Below are positions 44,425 through 44,978 of a stretch of DNA of 44,978 nt, piece after piece; the stretch's first letter is position 1; each line of letters starts with the position of its first letter. The DNA is from a virus (lineage: Duplodnaviria; Caudoviricetes). The stretch lies in IMG/VR virus record IMGVR_UViG_3300018031_000011, positions 1 to 44,978 of that record; one strand, given 5' to 3'. The notes under the pieces are model-generated. The model ran no database searches and had not been told where the DNA came from. It saw only the letters and a list, made by a program, of their open reading frames with translations. A program made the position numbers and the translations under genes.

Positions 44425-44978
44425 ATGGTTGCTCGAACTCGTCAGGCGCTATTCCGTGGCGTGAATAACTACGTTCCCGGCATGTCGTATTCTGGAGACT
44501 TGATGGTGGGAGCGCCGAAAGCGTTTTCGCTTGGCAAGCCTGCGGCCGCGGCTGCTTCAGCTATCTCGGCTAATGCTGGGGCTGCGAACGCGCTCACGAC
44601 CTACCCGCTGAACTTTGAAATGGATTCCACGTTCGGCCGGGGCATCCGTGTCGATTTCAGTGGTGTTCCTGGCACCAATGCTGTAGTTCGTTTGATCGGA
44701 GAAGACTATCTCGGTCAGCCGATTTCTCGAGACTTTACAGGGGCAGCTGCTGCAACGACTACGACGCCGGGAGGGGTTATCTTCTGGAAGCGTATTACTG
44801 CGGCACGTATGACTGTCGTGGCATCCAATGCTGTCAATATACAGATCGGTACAACAGTCATACTAGGCCTGCCGTACAAGGGCAACATCGCATGGCAGAA
44901 GGAAGGCAACCCTCCTGCGCTTACTGCCGTTGTCCTCGCTAACAGGAGCCTGCCAGATCTTACCGACCCACAAGTAAC
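44425..44978 (+). CDS. Virion protein (possible capsid decoration), truncated at the window end
   Basis: AGGAG-ATAGGTT-ATG; MVARTRQALFRGVNNYVPGM... open to the end (...PDLTDPQV). Confidence 0.7.
   Translation, partial: MVARTRQALFRGVNNYVPGMSYSGDLMVGAPKAFSLGKPAAAAASAISANAGAANALTTYPLNFEMDSTFGRGIRVDFSGVPGTNAVVRLIGEDYLGQPISRDFTGAAAATTTTPGGVIFWKRITAARMTVVASNAVNIQIGTTVILGLPYKGNIAWQKEGNPPALTAVVLANRSLPDLTDPQV

Overview
This window is a near-complete, circularly permuted ~45 kb genome of a tailed dsDNA phage with podovirus-like organisation. The host is probably an alphaproteobacterium of the Rhizobiales type (inference). The + strand late block runs 34.5 kb to the end and wraps to 16.1 kb. It holds the terminase subunits, lysis cassette (GH108-like endolysin, holin, overlapping spanins), portal, scaffold, major capsid protein, tail adaptor and nozzle, two paralogous tail fibres and internal/ejection proteins. 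The - strand early/replication block runs 32.9 to 16.1 kb. It holds many small ORFs, a SLOG protein, an NrdR-like Zn ribbon, MazG, a PD-(D/E)XK nuclease, an AAA ATPase, an SSB, a RecD-like helicase, a dNMP kinase and a UDG-PolA fusion. I saw no integrase, RNA polymerase, primase, tRNA or CRISPR array. The most striking unexplained feature is the perfect 13-bp palindrome GTGTGANTCACAC, which has a GANTC (CcrM-site) core. I found 35 copies by eye, never more than ~2.6 kb apart, woven into stop codons, start codons and promoters and clustered in the divergent control region. That region also carries a helically phased 53-bp repeat array, a candidate small RNA and a strongly structured leader RNA. 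All product calls come from motif recognition and gene order, not database searches.
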